Assembly (NCBI GenBank): GCA_009103225.1
Contig: RHPI01000026.1
Span: 305,210-369,209, forward strand
Reading direction: 5' to 3'
DNA from: Chlorokybus atmophyticus
Taxonomy: Eukaryota > Plantae > Mesostigma and Chlorokybus algae
DNA: 64,000 bases
Positions 1-12,481 of the stretch are shown in pieces. Both the position numbers and the translations under genes were made by a program. How positions within the stretch are numbered: the stretch's first letter is position 1; each line of letters starts with the position of its first letter. The notes under the pieces were generated by a model. That model was given only the letters and a program-made list of their open reading frames with translations, searched no databases and was not told the DNA's origin.

Positions 1-804
1 GTAACGCCTCAAAACTTGACGAGACAAAATCATTAGATTTTACCTGTATTGCAGTGCACAATCTGAGTACTTGTGCACTTGCTAACGGCTGTCTTTGGGC
101 AGATGTCTGACCAAGGAGAGGGAGGTGAGAAGTACTTTACCGTCCCTGACTCATCGTCATCATACGAACCATCAAGTGATGACAAAGTGAGAGACTCGGA
201 CACGAGTGAGAGCTACAAGCTCACTGAGAGTGACAAGGAGGAAGCTGCGCAGGATAGCGAAGCTTCTCCCAATCAATCTACTCAAAGTGGGCCAGCTACA
301 ATGGACACACAGTCTGTCATTGGTGGGGCTATTGAGAAGTATGTGCAAGAGCGCAAAGCCTTGATCGATGTTCACCCACAGCTTCGTCAGGAAGTGTGGG
401 ATGCATGGGCGTGTTGAAGGACTAGCATGCACATGTAGTTGAGGCAAGCATGGATACACACGGACAGAGCTACCGCCACCAGAGCATACACAGGTCACAT
501 CACATTCATCTATTACAAGTTGTCCGCTGGTTCTTATACCAGCCAGTTACACACACGTCTACGTTTGCAAGCACTGCGTAAGCTATACTCAGCCGTTTGA
601 CGCGCTCTAAGCTGCGTTGTCTTCCTTACAACCAGAGCTTTCCAACAAGCTCTTACACGCCTGAAATGAGTAAGTATACGCGGAGATACGAAGCAGTTAG
701 TAAGGCTCCAATCTGGAGTCCGGAGTCTGGTCCGACGACGCCATCTTGCTAAGTCCGGACCTAGTGCTCGTCCTTACGACCTTCTACTCCTGTGTGGAGG
801 GTCG

Positions 805-1775
805 ATGCTGATCGTATGTAGGAATACTCTCAACAGGGCTCAGACGGTTCGTGATGGCTATGAGACAGACTTTGCCACACTCCCTCGTGCAAGCAAGGAG
901 ATGGTGATCCGCATGCTCGAGCATGAGCTGACGAACAACATCCCGCCACTCGTGCGAGGTGATCCAAAGGTGGCTGCTATCATGACCGTATATGATAAGC
1001 CTCTCCCTTACCAAGGCAAGCGAATGGCGTTTAAGGCTTTGGCCAACTTGGGAGTGGAAACCTCACAGCGTTGCAAGGACGTGTTCTGGTATTTGGGACC
1101 TAACTTGGAAGACAAGTTGACTGGCCGAGTGCAGTTGACGGCACGCCTTGATGCTATGCAGGCTGAGTTGGTGGCGCTGCGCCAAAAGGTGGCGGGTGCT
1201 ACTTCAGCAGCTGGTGCATCAGCGGGGCTGCCGGTTACAGCACTAAACAAGCCTGAGAAGTTCAAGCCCAACGGCAGTGTCAGCATCCATGATTGGGTGG
1301 TCACTGTTGAGCACTATTTGACAGCACTGAAGCGCCCAGTTGGTGAGCACATTGCTGTTGCTGAGTTGCTCATGCCATCTGACGCTCTCGCCGAGTGGGC
1401 GAGGCAGACAGAGGATGGTGCGGCTAAGACAGTGGAGGCACTATTCAAGTTCCTTGTGGAGCGCTATGGTGGCATGGATCCAGCTACTCAGGCTCGCAAC
1501 AAGCTCAACAAGCTGCGACAGAATGGCAGGACGGCTTCAGTCTATCTGCAGGAGTTCCAAGCGTTGTGGGCCGCGTGAACAGTGGCCTCATGCCCATGGA
1601 CAACGCTGAGCAGTTTGACTTGTACAAGCGCGGCTTGGATGCGCGTGTGCGCGATCAGCTGCAGTACAACACGGCAACGGGACTTCCTTGGGTTCCTGAG
1701 GACTTGGCCAAGCTGCAGAAGCTGAGCGTGTATCTGTACAGTGATTGTGGTGATGGTGCCAAAGTATCATGGTGA
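805..1775 (+). pseudogene. gag: Retrotransposon gag (capsid-like), frameshifted near 1570
   Basis: ORF 805-1578 (KPEKF..G....HDW...VEHYL; ARNKLNKLRQNGRTASVYLQEF) continues in another frame as ORF 1566-1775 (FDLYKRGLDARVRDQL). These are typical retrotransposon gag motifs. Confidence 0.75.
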
Positions 1776-4700
1776 TATGGTGGTGATGGTGCCAAAGTAT
1801 CATGGCCCATGGTTAAAACATACTCGCGGAGGGTCTGTGTTGAAGCAATTCAGCAAGCGTGAAACAAGGACAGTACGGTTGTCAGCCATATTGATCAACC
1901 CTCGCATTAGTCACGGACTCTTGGCTACATTTCAAGGACGGGTGGTACCTCTGTTGTGGACATTTAATGGCACAATGCAAGGTGTAAACAGTTCGTTCTT
2001 GATTGACACTGGTGCAACACACAACTTCGTTGAGGAACAATGGGTTGTGCGCAACAAGATAGCGTGTAAACCCTCAGCATTTTCAGCTGCCGGTGCGGGG
2101 GGTGCGTTGCCAGTGAAAGGGGAAATAAAAATGAAAGTAAAGATTGGTAATTATCATGCCACTCTTACTTTCATAGTGGTATCCATCGACATATCAGGTG
2201 TTGATGTGGTATTAGGACAGGAATGGCAGGAAAATGTCAAAATGACATTGGATACTGGCGCACGCTTGTGCACAGTACAGAAAGGTCGTAAGCGTGTAAC
2301 ATTGTCTGTGAAAGGGTCACATAGCTTGGACCACAAGCAGACCGACCCTGCGCTACTCACTGCACTGCAAGTGAAACGTGCGTTGCGCAAAAATACACCG
2401 GCTTTTCTGGTACATTTGACGTCGTCGGACGACTTTGTGCCGGGAAATACAGAAGGTGTTGCAGACATCATTGAGGAGTATCAAGATGTGTTCTCAGATA
2501 AGTTGCCAGGCTTACCTCCTGATCGAGGTGTCGGACACACAATATCACTCATTCCTGATAGTGAGCCTCCGTTTCGGCCTATATATAGGCTGAGCCCCCG
2601 AGAGAGGGGGGAAATGGAAACTCATATCAAAGAGTTATTGGAATAGGGATTGATTGAACCCGAGTTCTTCACCCTTTGGCGCGCCTATCTTGTTTGTGAT
2701 GAAAAAGAATGGAAAGCTGCGCATGTGTGTGGATTACCGTGCTTTGAACAAGATCACGGTAAAGAATCGATACCCGCTGCCCCGGATTGATGATGTGTTT
2801 GATAAACTGTCGGGAAATGCGTACTTTAGTACGTTGGACTTGACGAGTGGGTATCATCAAATCCGGATTCATCCTTCTGATGTTTACAAGACAGCATTCA
2901 GAACACCTTCGGGCCATTATCAATACAAAGTGTTACCTTTTTGATTGACTAATGCGCCCGCAGTGTTTCAGAAGGAAATGAATAAGATTTTTGGTGGCAT
3001 ACTTGGCAAGTATGTTTTGGTTTACTTGGATGACATTATTGTCTTTAGTAAAACCAAGGAAGAGCATAAGCAGCACTTGGAAGCGGTGTTCGCCTTGCTG
3101 CGTACACATCGCTTGTTTGCCAATCTTGCGAAGTGTGACTTCTGCAAGACGGAGTTGCCATTCTTGGGGCACATTGTGAGCGGTGCGGGTGTGAAACCTG
3201 ACCCTCGCAAAGTGCAAGTTGTAAAGGATTGGCCTCAACCTAAGAATATCCATCAGCTGCGATCATTCTTGGGATTGGCAAACTACTTTCGCAAGTTTAT
3301 GATGGGGTACTCCACAGTAGTGGTGCCTTTGACAAAACTGTTGCGAAAAGATGCTCCATTCTTATGGACAGCTGAACAAGAAGCTGCTATGCAACAGGTG
3401 AAGCTAACTTTAACTTCTGCTCCAGTGTTGGCATTGCCAAACTGGGACAAGCATTTCACTGTGGTTAGCGATGCGTCCACCCTTTGGTGTGGTGCAGTAC
3501 TGTTGCAAAATGGCAGACCATGTGCTTATGAGAGTAGGAAGTTCATCCCAGCAAAGGTGAATTACACTACCACCGAGCAAGAGTTGCTTGGTATAGTACA
3601 TGCTCTGGAAACATGGCGATGTTACTTGGAGGGGGTTCAGTTCACAGTGGTGACTGATCATAATCCATTGGTGTATTTCTCAACACAGCAAAACTTGTCA
3701 CGAAGGCAAGCCCGCTGGAATGAGTTTCTGTCTCGGTTTACCTTTGAGTGGGTATACCGGCCAGGCAGAACCAATGTTGCTGATCCTCTGAGTCGTTGTC
3801 CATCATTGTTGGCAGCTATGCGTGCGCAATTGCTTGCGACGCGCGGTACATTGCCACCGGATGATGAGTTTGTGCAAGCTGTTGTGCAAGGGTATGCTTT
3901 TGACCCATGGTTCTCGTCAGAGGACAACGTGCAAAAGCTGAGCAAACGAGACAACTTGTATTATGTGGGCACCAGCTTGGTAATACCTGACCATGCTGGA
4001 TTGCGTGCGAAATGCATAGCTGATGTACACGATCCACCGTACGCTGGGCACTTTGGCAGTCGCAAGACTATTAAAGCAGCGCAACAGTTGTATTGGTGGC
4101 CATCGTTGCCTGTTGACGCAAAACGGTATGTGGACACGTGTGACAAATGTCAGCGTGATAAGCCGTTACGTCAAAAACCCGCTGATTTGCTGCGACCATT
4201 GCCTATTCCTGATGGCAAATGGGAAAGTGTGAGTATGGACTTAATTACTGAGCTGTCAGAGACAGCATTAGGTCACACTGCGGTTGCAGTTTTTGTGGAT
4301 CGTTTGACAAAAATGGTCCACATTGTCCCTTGTCGCACGGAGATAGGCTCCCGTGAGTTGGCGATGGTTTTTGTCGCGTCTGTGTTCAAGTTGCATGGCT
4401 TGCCCCGCAACTTCGTGTCAGATCGCGATCCGCGATTTGTGGCTCAGTTTTGGAAGTCGCTATGCAGCTTCTTACACATTCAGCAGAACATGAGCACTGC
4501 TTACCATCCACAGACGGATGGTCAAACAGAACGCGCCAATCAAGTGATTGAGGAAACCATCCGGCATTATGTGAGCCCGAATCAGAGTGATTGGGATATT
4601 TATCTCCCAATGGCTGAGTTTGCGATCAATAATGCATGGCAAGAGAGTGTGCAGGAGACTCCGTTCTTCTTGAATTACGGAGTGCATCCACTGAGTCCTG

Positions 4701-5299
4701 CGAACATTATGTTGCCCGCTACTGACGTGACTCGCGTACCTGCAGCGCGCGAGATGGCTTCGGCCATGCAGGATAGGTTAGCGTTGGCAAAAGCCTGTCT
4801 GCGCGCAGCGCAAGACAGACAAAAAGCCCAAGCTGATGCGCATCGTAGAGAGGCCAACTACGATGTGGGCTGTTCGGTGCTTTTAAGTACCAAAAACGTA
4901 TCCATCAAGGGAGTGGGTACCCGCAAGTTTTTCCCTCGCTGGATAGGCCCTTTCAAAATAACTGATCGGGTCGGCACTCACGCGTATCGTTTGGACTTGC
5001 CAAAGTCGATACGCATTCACAATGTGTTTCACGTGAGTGTACTGAAACCATACCGTTCTGACGGTCGGGTTCAACCTCCTCCACCCCCCGTTGCAGTGGA
5101 TGGCGACGATACTTTCGAGTATGAGGTGGAAGCAATCCTGAGTCACCGTAAGCCTCGACGCGGACGCGCGCCGTCTTACTTGGTGAAATGGAAAGGGTAT
5201 GGTGTTGAGCACAACACGTGGGAGCCCGAAAAGAATCTTACCAACTGCCAAGAGATTCTTCGGGGGTACTGGAGTGCTGTGTCCACACGCGGACGGTAA
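1741..5299 (+). pseudogene. pol: pol: aspartic protease, RT, RNase H, integrase and chromodomain, disrupted
   Basis: PR FLIDTGATHNF; [29 protein letters not shown]; RH VSDAS, YESRK, TDHNPL; INT HDPPYAGH..CDKC, SMDLI, DRDPRF, DGQTERANQ, WIGPF; chromodomain YEVEAIL..YLVKWKGY..NTWEPEKNL. Lesions: TAG at 2644-2646, a +1 frameshift near 2660, and in-frame TGA at 2942-2944 (LPF*LTN for LPFGLTN). Confidence 0.95.
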
Positions 5300-5422
5300 A
5301 AGGGTGCTGGCAGACATCTTTACCGCTTCGGCCCTGGTTCTCTCACTGCTTTGGTTATCGGTACTCATGGTGGGGCTTTGCTAACCCTTCAATGAGGACA
5401 TTGAAACCTAAGTGGGGGGGAA

Positions 5423-5832
5423 TGTAACGGAGTGCTACCTCTATAGAGGTTCCCCGCCCTTATTTAGGATTTTAAAAGGGTCCCAACGGGTATATACAGC
5501 CAATTAAGCCGTATTAGGGCCGTTAACCTAGTGTTAAGGCCCTAATGTAGTGTTACTTAACTGTAACACTGATATCGACATGAGACATGAGTCTCATGTC
5601 GATATCAGCTGTATGGCGGCACTGTTAACGCAGCAGCCGCCATAGCCAGGGGATCTTCTGCTTCGGCAGTTGCCCCTGGCGGCGGCGGTGTGGTCGACGT
5701 GGCTGGTGGTGGTGTTGGGGTAGGGGATTAAAGGGAGGAGGTAGCACCCCCTCTCCTTACACATACCATCAATGTGCGCATGTTTTATAAAGAACTCGCT
5801 CTGTACATACGCATACGCATACTTATATATGA

Positions 5833-5877
<45 letters not shown>

Positions 5878-6052
5878 TATGTACATACATCTATACATAT
5901 GTGTACATATATATACATATATATGAGGTGTGTGTGTTGTTGTTGTGTGTGTGTGTGTGATGGTGTTTGCTGAGCACGAACATCAAAATCCCTTACACAT
6001 GCACGCAGTGCCTAATGTTGATATACGCATGCCTTGCAGATTGTAAGTTACA
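5423..6052 (+). repeat. Candidate 3' LTR with clustered palindromes and an internal (GT)n
   Basis: Starts TGTAAC right after the PPT; GTTACA at 6047-6052; (GT)n ~5836-5874. The right boundary is inferred. Confidence 0.6.
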
Positions 6053-6189
6053 AGGCCCGTCACAACAACTAATGTTATCGTCACTGACAGCATCGTACCA
6101 TTGCCGATGGTAGTGTACAGTGGATAGTACCGCACTAGGGTACGTATCTGTAACGTTTGTAATAAGAATCGGTACGGCTGGTAATGACA

Positions 6190-6560
6190 GTCGCGGCGGT
6201 GGCCTTTTCGTCTCCTACCGGCGGTAGGCTACCGCAACGGAGACGGAGACGGCCGGCAAGCACAGCATCTATCGGCCGGTATTGTGTCGGCCATGGTGAG
6301 GCCACTGAGTGGTACGCAAAGTCGGCCGTCTCAATACGTCGCCGAATAGACACGGCGATGTTCAGAAAGTAGGTACGTGTACGTTGATATCTGGTAGTTG
6401 CGGTGGCCTTGTGGCAGCCGGCGCGCTGCAGATGACAACGGCCGGCAAGCGCAGGCCAGAACACCTGACGGCCAATTTTGTGCCGGCCATGGTGCGGCCA
6501 TTAAGAGGTATGACAGGTTGTCGGCCGTCTTGATAAGTCGCCGAGAAGTTACGGCCGTCC
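6190..6560. repeat. Diverged ~200-bp tandem duplication rich in CGGCCG
   Basis: Paired motifs: GCGGTGGCCTT 6196/6400; ACGGCCGGCAAGC 6249/6438; CGGCCATGGTG 6288/6484; GTCGGCCGTCT 6321/6520; GTCGCCGA 6338/6537. Confidence 0.8.
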
Positions 6561-6787
6561 AATAACCCCATATTCAGGCGGGATCAGGCACCCTCAGGTA
6601 GCTTAGTCACTGGTCAGGCACCTTCAGGCAACTAAGTCCATGTTGAGTCACGGTGGCGGTTTTGCGACGCAGCTGACACCACACTTCGGAGTCTCCGGAG
6701 TCTTTAGGCTGCTTTCACGACGTCACAGAGTTTGCGTCTGTAGCAGGACTTCACCACAGCCATTGACACCACAGCTCGCGCTCACCT

Positions 6788-6793
<6 letters not shown>

Positions 6794-6832
<39 letters not shown>
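6794..6832. repeat. (TA)n microsatellite
   Basis: Direct reading. Confidence 0.95.
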
Positions 6833-6835
<3 letters not shown>

Positions 6836-6859
6836 TTGGCATTGATTTCTGTTGCGGAC

Positions 6860-7656
6860 GCTGCTCGCTTGCAGTTGGCTTCGGGAGGAGGCTCAGGTGC
6901 TTGGTTGACGGCGGTTCCTATGCATCTGTAGATTAGCGTTTCTCAGACTCCGCTGTTCGCACAGCCATGCGTCAACTGCTTGGTTGGCCACACCCACTCC
7001 TTCTTCACGTGCAGCTTTGTTCATGTGGTAATCAGCTTACCAGTACCCGAGACGAGCATATGACATCTTGTATACGCCACGGCCATCGCATTGTAACACA
7101 CGATGCTGTTTGTGACGATGTTGCTGGCATCATGCGGGAGGCGAGCTACACTGTCCGTTGCGAGCAGACAGGGGTTGCCTGTCCGTGAGGGTGAGCGTTA
7201 AGGACGCGGTCTGGACATGGTTGCCTCGAATTGGGGCCGAGACTTGCGTATGCTGCTCTACGTCACTATCACCGGTAGCCACTACCTGGCGGGATCAGTT
7301 GCACAGAGTGCGGAGCGCGAGAAACAAGCGCTTCAAGTACTCGGACCATTTCCCAACAGACACGCTGATCCCGTTGGCGATCAAGTCGCACGGTTGGATG
7401 GGTCGCCCGTTGATGGACTTGTTGGCCACTTGTGCGCGCCGAGCGTTTGATGGATGCTCGTGAATTAGAGACACGGTATATATCACGTTTTGTGACTGCC
7501 TTTCGCCAGCGCATATTTGTCACGTTTCAGCGCGCGCATGATACGGCCATTATGGCTCTAGCTGCAGCTGCAGTGCATGCAGCCCCCTTCTTGCGTGTAC
7601 ACGATAGACAGCATGTAGCGTTTGAGGACATTGGTCGTGTACAGCCCATTGTATGA
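6860..7656 (+). mobile_element. 5'-truncated non-LTR retrotransposon fragment with zinc knuckle and restriction-like endonuclease (CRE-like), frameshifted
   Basis: Across frames: ARL...SGAWLTAVP; SDSAVRTAMRQLLGWP; CSCG..DEHMTSC..HRIVTHDAV (CCHC plus HD); LYVTITGSH..AERE/KRFKY; LIPLAIKSHGWMG; FRQRIFVTFQRAH. This matches the C-terminal layout of RLE-clade LINE ORFs. The RT core is absent. Confidence 0.75.
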
Positions 7657-8559
7657 TTGTCTTTGAGTAGGGTAGCATTGGACACTACACACCACAACCG
7701 CCAGCTGGCACCCGTGTAATGTATGCATGTGATGAGAGCAATCGCATTTCTTTCAAGGAAAGCCTTGCGTGTAGTCTCGGTTGATGCGACATCGTTTGAC
7801 CGAATTGTTGATACGATAGCATTATAGCGCTATGTATTTTGTGTTTATATTACAGGACTTCAAGTTGCGGGCACGGTAAGTGTTGAAACGCGTTGTATGA
7901 GGCTTGTGCAACTCACCTCAAGCATGCATACACGTTGTGACGAGACACTTTCGCAAGCTGTAAATGTTTGGGTTTGGGTGCTTCTCACTGTTACAACAAC
8001 GCAGGGAGTTGAGTAAACTATCACACCACGCATCACATGCTCCACCATGACACAAGCATGCATGGACCACAACACACATACCCAAGCGCACACAGCACAC
8101 AATACGCCACGTTTCACGTGAGCTTTCAGTCGTTGTATTGCTGTTGCTGCTGCCCTCATCATCACCACGATTACACTAGCATCGCTGCAAAGGTTGGGAC
8201 CTACATTTGTCTTGACATGTAGGGCAGTACCGCTGTTGCAGCAATTGTTTTGTCACAAGTAAGCAACCCACTGAGCACGATGGAACTCGCTACTGTACGT
8301 ACACATGCAACATGCGGGTTGACAGAGATGTGCAATAAAAGCTATTTGTTATGCACAACTTCAAATGGCCAAAACACAACTGTCACTAAGCATATCACAC
8401 TGCCCGCGGACATCCAGAAATATCTCTCAAGGGTATGCTTACAGTGCCCAACCAGGTCTCTCAGTACTACACAGCAAAAGTGTGTTCATGCTATGTAGCG
8501 CTCTCCATGCCTACTCCACACACCACAACACACATCATGCAACAACACAGCGTCTACAC

Positions 8560-10200
8560 TACACTGCTGCAGCCGCCAGCAATGTGTCCTCTTCGCTTGT
8601 CGGTGCAGCCGTGGGCATGGGGCCACAGCACGTGCACAGCGTCGATGACGAACCAGGTGCATTGCAGTAATGTCGACAGCGTCCACAGTTGAGTATGACG
8701 CCTATATTCATCTAAAAAACCCAATAAATCAGTTGCATTGCATACCCGTCATTTTGGTTTGCTACACACACACAGAAACAGCAACAATTACGACGTACAC
8801 AAGAAGTGTACCAATCAACAGCTTTTCAAGGCAGCACAACCTCTGCATGCAAGTGCCTCTGTCACAACGGAAATCAACATGCTAATGCGTACGGGGTGTT
8901 ATATGAGTCTTCTGGAACTCGCCAAGGCATCAGCTATTGCACGTTATCATCAAGAACCTTTTCATTAATACAACATTGCCGGCCGGGTTTGCTTCAAACG
9001 AGACAAGGGGGCGGAGGGTTTGCGATTACTGAACATACCCTAGCAAGAAAGACTCGCGCTTCTTTGTTGCAAAACGTTCAACACTTCCACCTTGACGCAA
9101 TCGTTACCGCGTATCGCCCATCTTGTCGACGTATGTTCTGCAGGAAGGGGAATTACATGCATGTGAGAAGCATTGCACTCTGAGGACACAAAGCAAGGCG
9201 CGACTCATACATACTGCATTGATATAGACAATGATCTGGCGTAGGAGAACTGTAGTGTGCGCAAATAGCATGAAACTCACTACCAGAATTGAAAGCATGC
9301 AGGGGCTCACCTTGAGAATCAGTGCTATACAGCCATGGTGGAAGTCCAAAGAAAACCTTCATGCCGGCAGTGGCTGTACGTTTCATGGGTGAAAGGTTTG
9401 AATTGGTGAGCATGAAGAGTGGTGCGCCGACCAGTGTGAGCATGGCGCTGCTGAGGCTCAGCAGCTTGACCCCTTGACTGTTCCCGACATGCGGCCACTC
9501 TATATAAACACGGGCTTGCCTGCTTGTATATTGTCGTCTCCCTTCCCACCCCCTCCCGAGACATTAGCTGAATTCTCCGTTGCTGATAGTGTTGAGGTTA
9601 TCGAGCATACACAAACACTGATGCACTCTGAAAGACTTGATAGCGACGTTCTTTTAAAATTTGTGAAGGTGGCTGAAAGGGAAACTGTGCAAGGAATTGT
9701 GTAACCGCCTGGTTGTGATGTAAACTCCGTGCGTGGGCCTTGACAAGTGGATGCAAACGAACCAAAGTCGCCTGTAAAAATGGTCTTGACATCAGCATAT
9801 AACCAGCTGTGCAGAGGAATGCCATTGCAGAAATATACAGACAAAGAGCTTGGCTTGACTGAATTGAGTTGTCATGCAGCGCAGGATGATGCGTCAACGC
9901 ATTAGAGTGCTTAAACATTGCGTTGCAGTATTTGGGCGATTGTTTGTCGGCTGCTGGCATCATTGCTGGCAGCAGGCAAAAGCGCGTGCAACAAGCTGTA
10001 CTCAACTCACAAATAATGAAGGACCGGACAATGCACAGTCTACAATGCTAGCATCATGCATGTTCCAAGCAGATTATTTGGCTGCGTGCTACTGTGCTGA
10101 GAGTATTGACAGATTGGCATCACCTCTGTGACCGGCATGCTGCAGCGCCATCATCGGCAAGTAGCTGTCGGCCGCGCCGAAGACGCCGGGCGGCATGCGC
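8560..10200 (-). CDS. Possible multi-exon gene of unknown function
   Basis: Exon-like open segments: 9500-9844 (YFCNGIPLHSWLYADVKTIFTGDFGSF) and ~8700-8560 (VILNCGRCRHYCNAPG...LLAAAAV, TAG), plus a CpG-rich 5' region at ~10.1-10.3 kb. No family recognised and the model is not fully assembled. Confidence 0.25.
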
Positions 10201-10534
10201 CTCATGCCCCTCCAACCCAACAACGAAGCTTGGGCAGCCACGCGCAAAGCCATCTCCGCCGCCTATTCCTCCTCCTCCTCCTCCTCCTTCTCCTCCTGCT
10301 CCTCCTCCTGCTCCGCCGCCGCAACAAGGCAAGCTGAGATAATCTTTCCTCTCCGCGCCTTTCTCTCAGATGTTCAAAATACGAACTGTAAACGGCTAGA
10401 AATCCTAATCAGCAATCAGCTTAGCGGGCGTTGGCGGCGTTGGCGTTGGCGTTGGCGACGGCCGCAGCAAAAGGAGCAGACGAAGGGGAGGAGCAGGAAG
10501 AGGAGCAAGCGGGCCGCACGGTAGTATGATATGC

Positions 10535-12481
10535 ATGGCCGCTCGTGCTGCTGCGGAGGAGCGCCGGCGACGGCAAGAGCAGGCTGCAGAAGACAGCAAG
10601 GCAAGTAGAGCGGGAAAGTGGCTTGTTTGCCGCTGGAACTTGCCACAATGCAGGGCAGTGTTTGTGAAGAGCTTTGTTTGCTGCACATCACGTCAACATG
10701 TGTGCAGCAAGTTCACCTGTCCAGCGGTGGCAGTCACTGAGACCAGTTGGCAGATTGTGTGTGTGCCATGCCAGGCACACAGAGCTGAGCCTGTCGAGAG
10801 GCCCTCAACGGCTTCAGCACGCACAGCGCCCACGGAGCAGTGGCAGCTGAGCAACTTTGAAGTTGGAAGGCCTTTGGGAAGAGGAAAGTTTGGCAATGTT
10901 TACTTGGCACGTGAGAAGCGGGTAAGCCAGCACTGCATCATAGTCCTTACTCAGCAGCTATGCAGTGTACGTTGTGTACACAAGGGCTGGCATCTACTTT
11001 GTGACCACGCTGATGTGATTTGGGTTTTATGATGCAGACGAAGTTTATCATAGCATTGAAAGTGTTGTTCAAATCGCAGCTCCAGCACTCACAAGTTGAG
11101 CACCAGCTGCGGCGTGAGATTGAGATCCAGAGCCACCTACGGTACATCACTTAGCAGCAACTCGGAAGCATAGCATGAAGCAACTCCAGGAGTTGTCCAT
11201 TCAGCACCACTCTTTGCCAACGCCTCACACAAGTTGCTTTCTTTTGCAGCCACCCCAACATTCTGCGCCTGTTCGGGTACTTTTATGACGAGGTGAGATC
11301 GCATGTTCGTCAACGTGTGACTCGCCTGCTGGATTCACATATATGCTGTGTTGTTCAGTCGCGCGTGTTTCTGATCCTGGAGTATGCGGCGCGTGGCGAG
11401 CTGTACAAAGAGCTGCAGCGCTGCAAGACATTCAGCGAGCGCCGCACTGCAACGGTGAGTGATGGTTGCCTTGTCTTGTATCTTACCTCCCTGACACCAA
11501 CTTTGCTGCAATTGCACTGAACACATATGTTGTTTGTGAGCAGTACATCGCTGCTTTGACCAAGGCCCTTGTCTACTGCCACTCCAAGCACGTCATCCAT
11601 AGAGACATTAAGCCAGAAAACATACTCATCGGTGCAAAGGTACGTTTCAACAAGGCATGCACTAGTGGAACAACACTGCAAGTGACATTGTTTTTAGCCA
11701 CCAATGTTTTAGAGAAGTGAGTGAGCGTGACAAGTCGCATGCAGGGTGAGCTCAAGATTGCAGACTTTGGCTGGGCGGTACACGCCTTGAACAGCCGCCG
11801 TCAAACACTGTGCGGCACACTTGACTACCTCCCACCTGAGATGGGTGAGCTTACATTTGCAACTGCCTGCATGCATTTCACCTTCACGCATGTCGCATCT
11901 ACCTCGCACATGCGCTGACTGTTAAACATTTGTTTGGCTGCAGTGGAGGGCAAAGAACATGACACTTGCGTGGATGTGTGGTCTCTAGGCGTCCTATGCT
12001 ATGAGTTCTTGTTTGGCGATCCGCCGTTTGAGGCCGCCGGTCACAGCGAGACATACAAACGGTAAGCATTCAACAACAAGCTTTTGGCATGACATGCTTT
12101 GCTCTAAGTTGTACAGTGGCTTGCCACTTACCAATGCATGCGCAGCATCACTCGAGTGGATTTGCGCTTTCCGGAGATGCCTGCAGTCAGCGCTGATGCG
12201 AAGAATCTCATTGTCAAGGTAATCTATGTGTTTATGTGTGTAAAGAATATGCACGTGATGTATGCAACATGCACAACATGTGTGCGCACATTGTGCTTTG
12301 AGACCATGTGTCCGCCAGTATAAGCAGTTGTACAAACTTTCTGTCAGCTTCTACATGACTCTTGTATGTTATGTGCCAGCTGCTAGCAAAGGACCCAAAG
12401 CAGCGGTTGCCTCTTGCGAAAGTGTTGCAGCACCCATGGATTGTCGCAAATGCGGATCCGTCAGGAACAACAAGAGAATGA
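10535..12481 (+). CDS. AUR: Aurora kinase (about 10 exons)
   Basis: Exons read [162 protein letters not shown] at 12479-12481. Confidence 0.96.

Larger units (their letters stand above)
1..6052 (+). mobile_element. Ty3/gypsy LTR retrotransposon of chromovirus type, decayed; 5' LTR not within window
   Basis: Domain order gag-PR-RT-RH-INT-chromodomain. Polypurine tract AAGTGGGGGGGAA (5410-5422) is directly followed by TGTAAC (5423). Candidate LTR end GTTACA at 6047-6052 (alternative GTCACA ~6063). No matching copy of this LTR in 1-800. Confidence 0.93.

Noticed and set aside
1-551. GTAACG at position 1 and GTTACA at ~546-551 as a 5' LTR
   Set aside because: The sequence does not match the region after the PPT (5423 onward), no PBS was recognised, and it contains an ORF in frame with gag.
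2640-2946. Programmed frameshift or readthrough within pol
   Set aside because: The lesions fall inside the conserved RT domain (a stop plus a +1 shift near GLIEPS, and G-to-stop in LPFGL), which fits mutational decay, not regulation.
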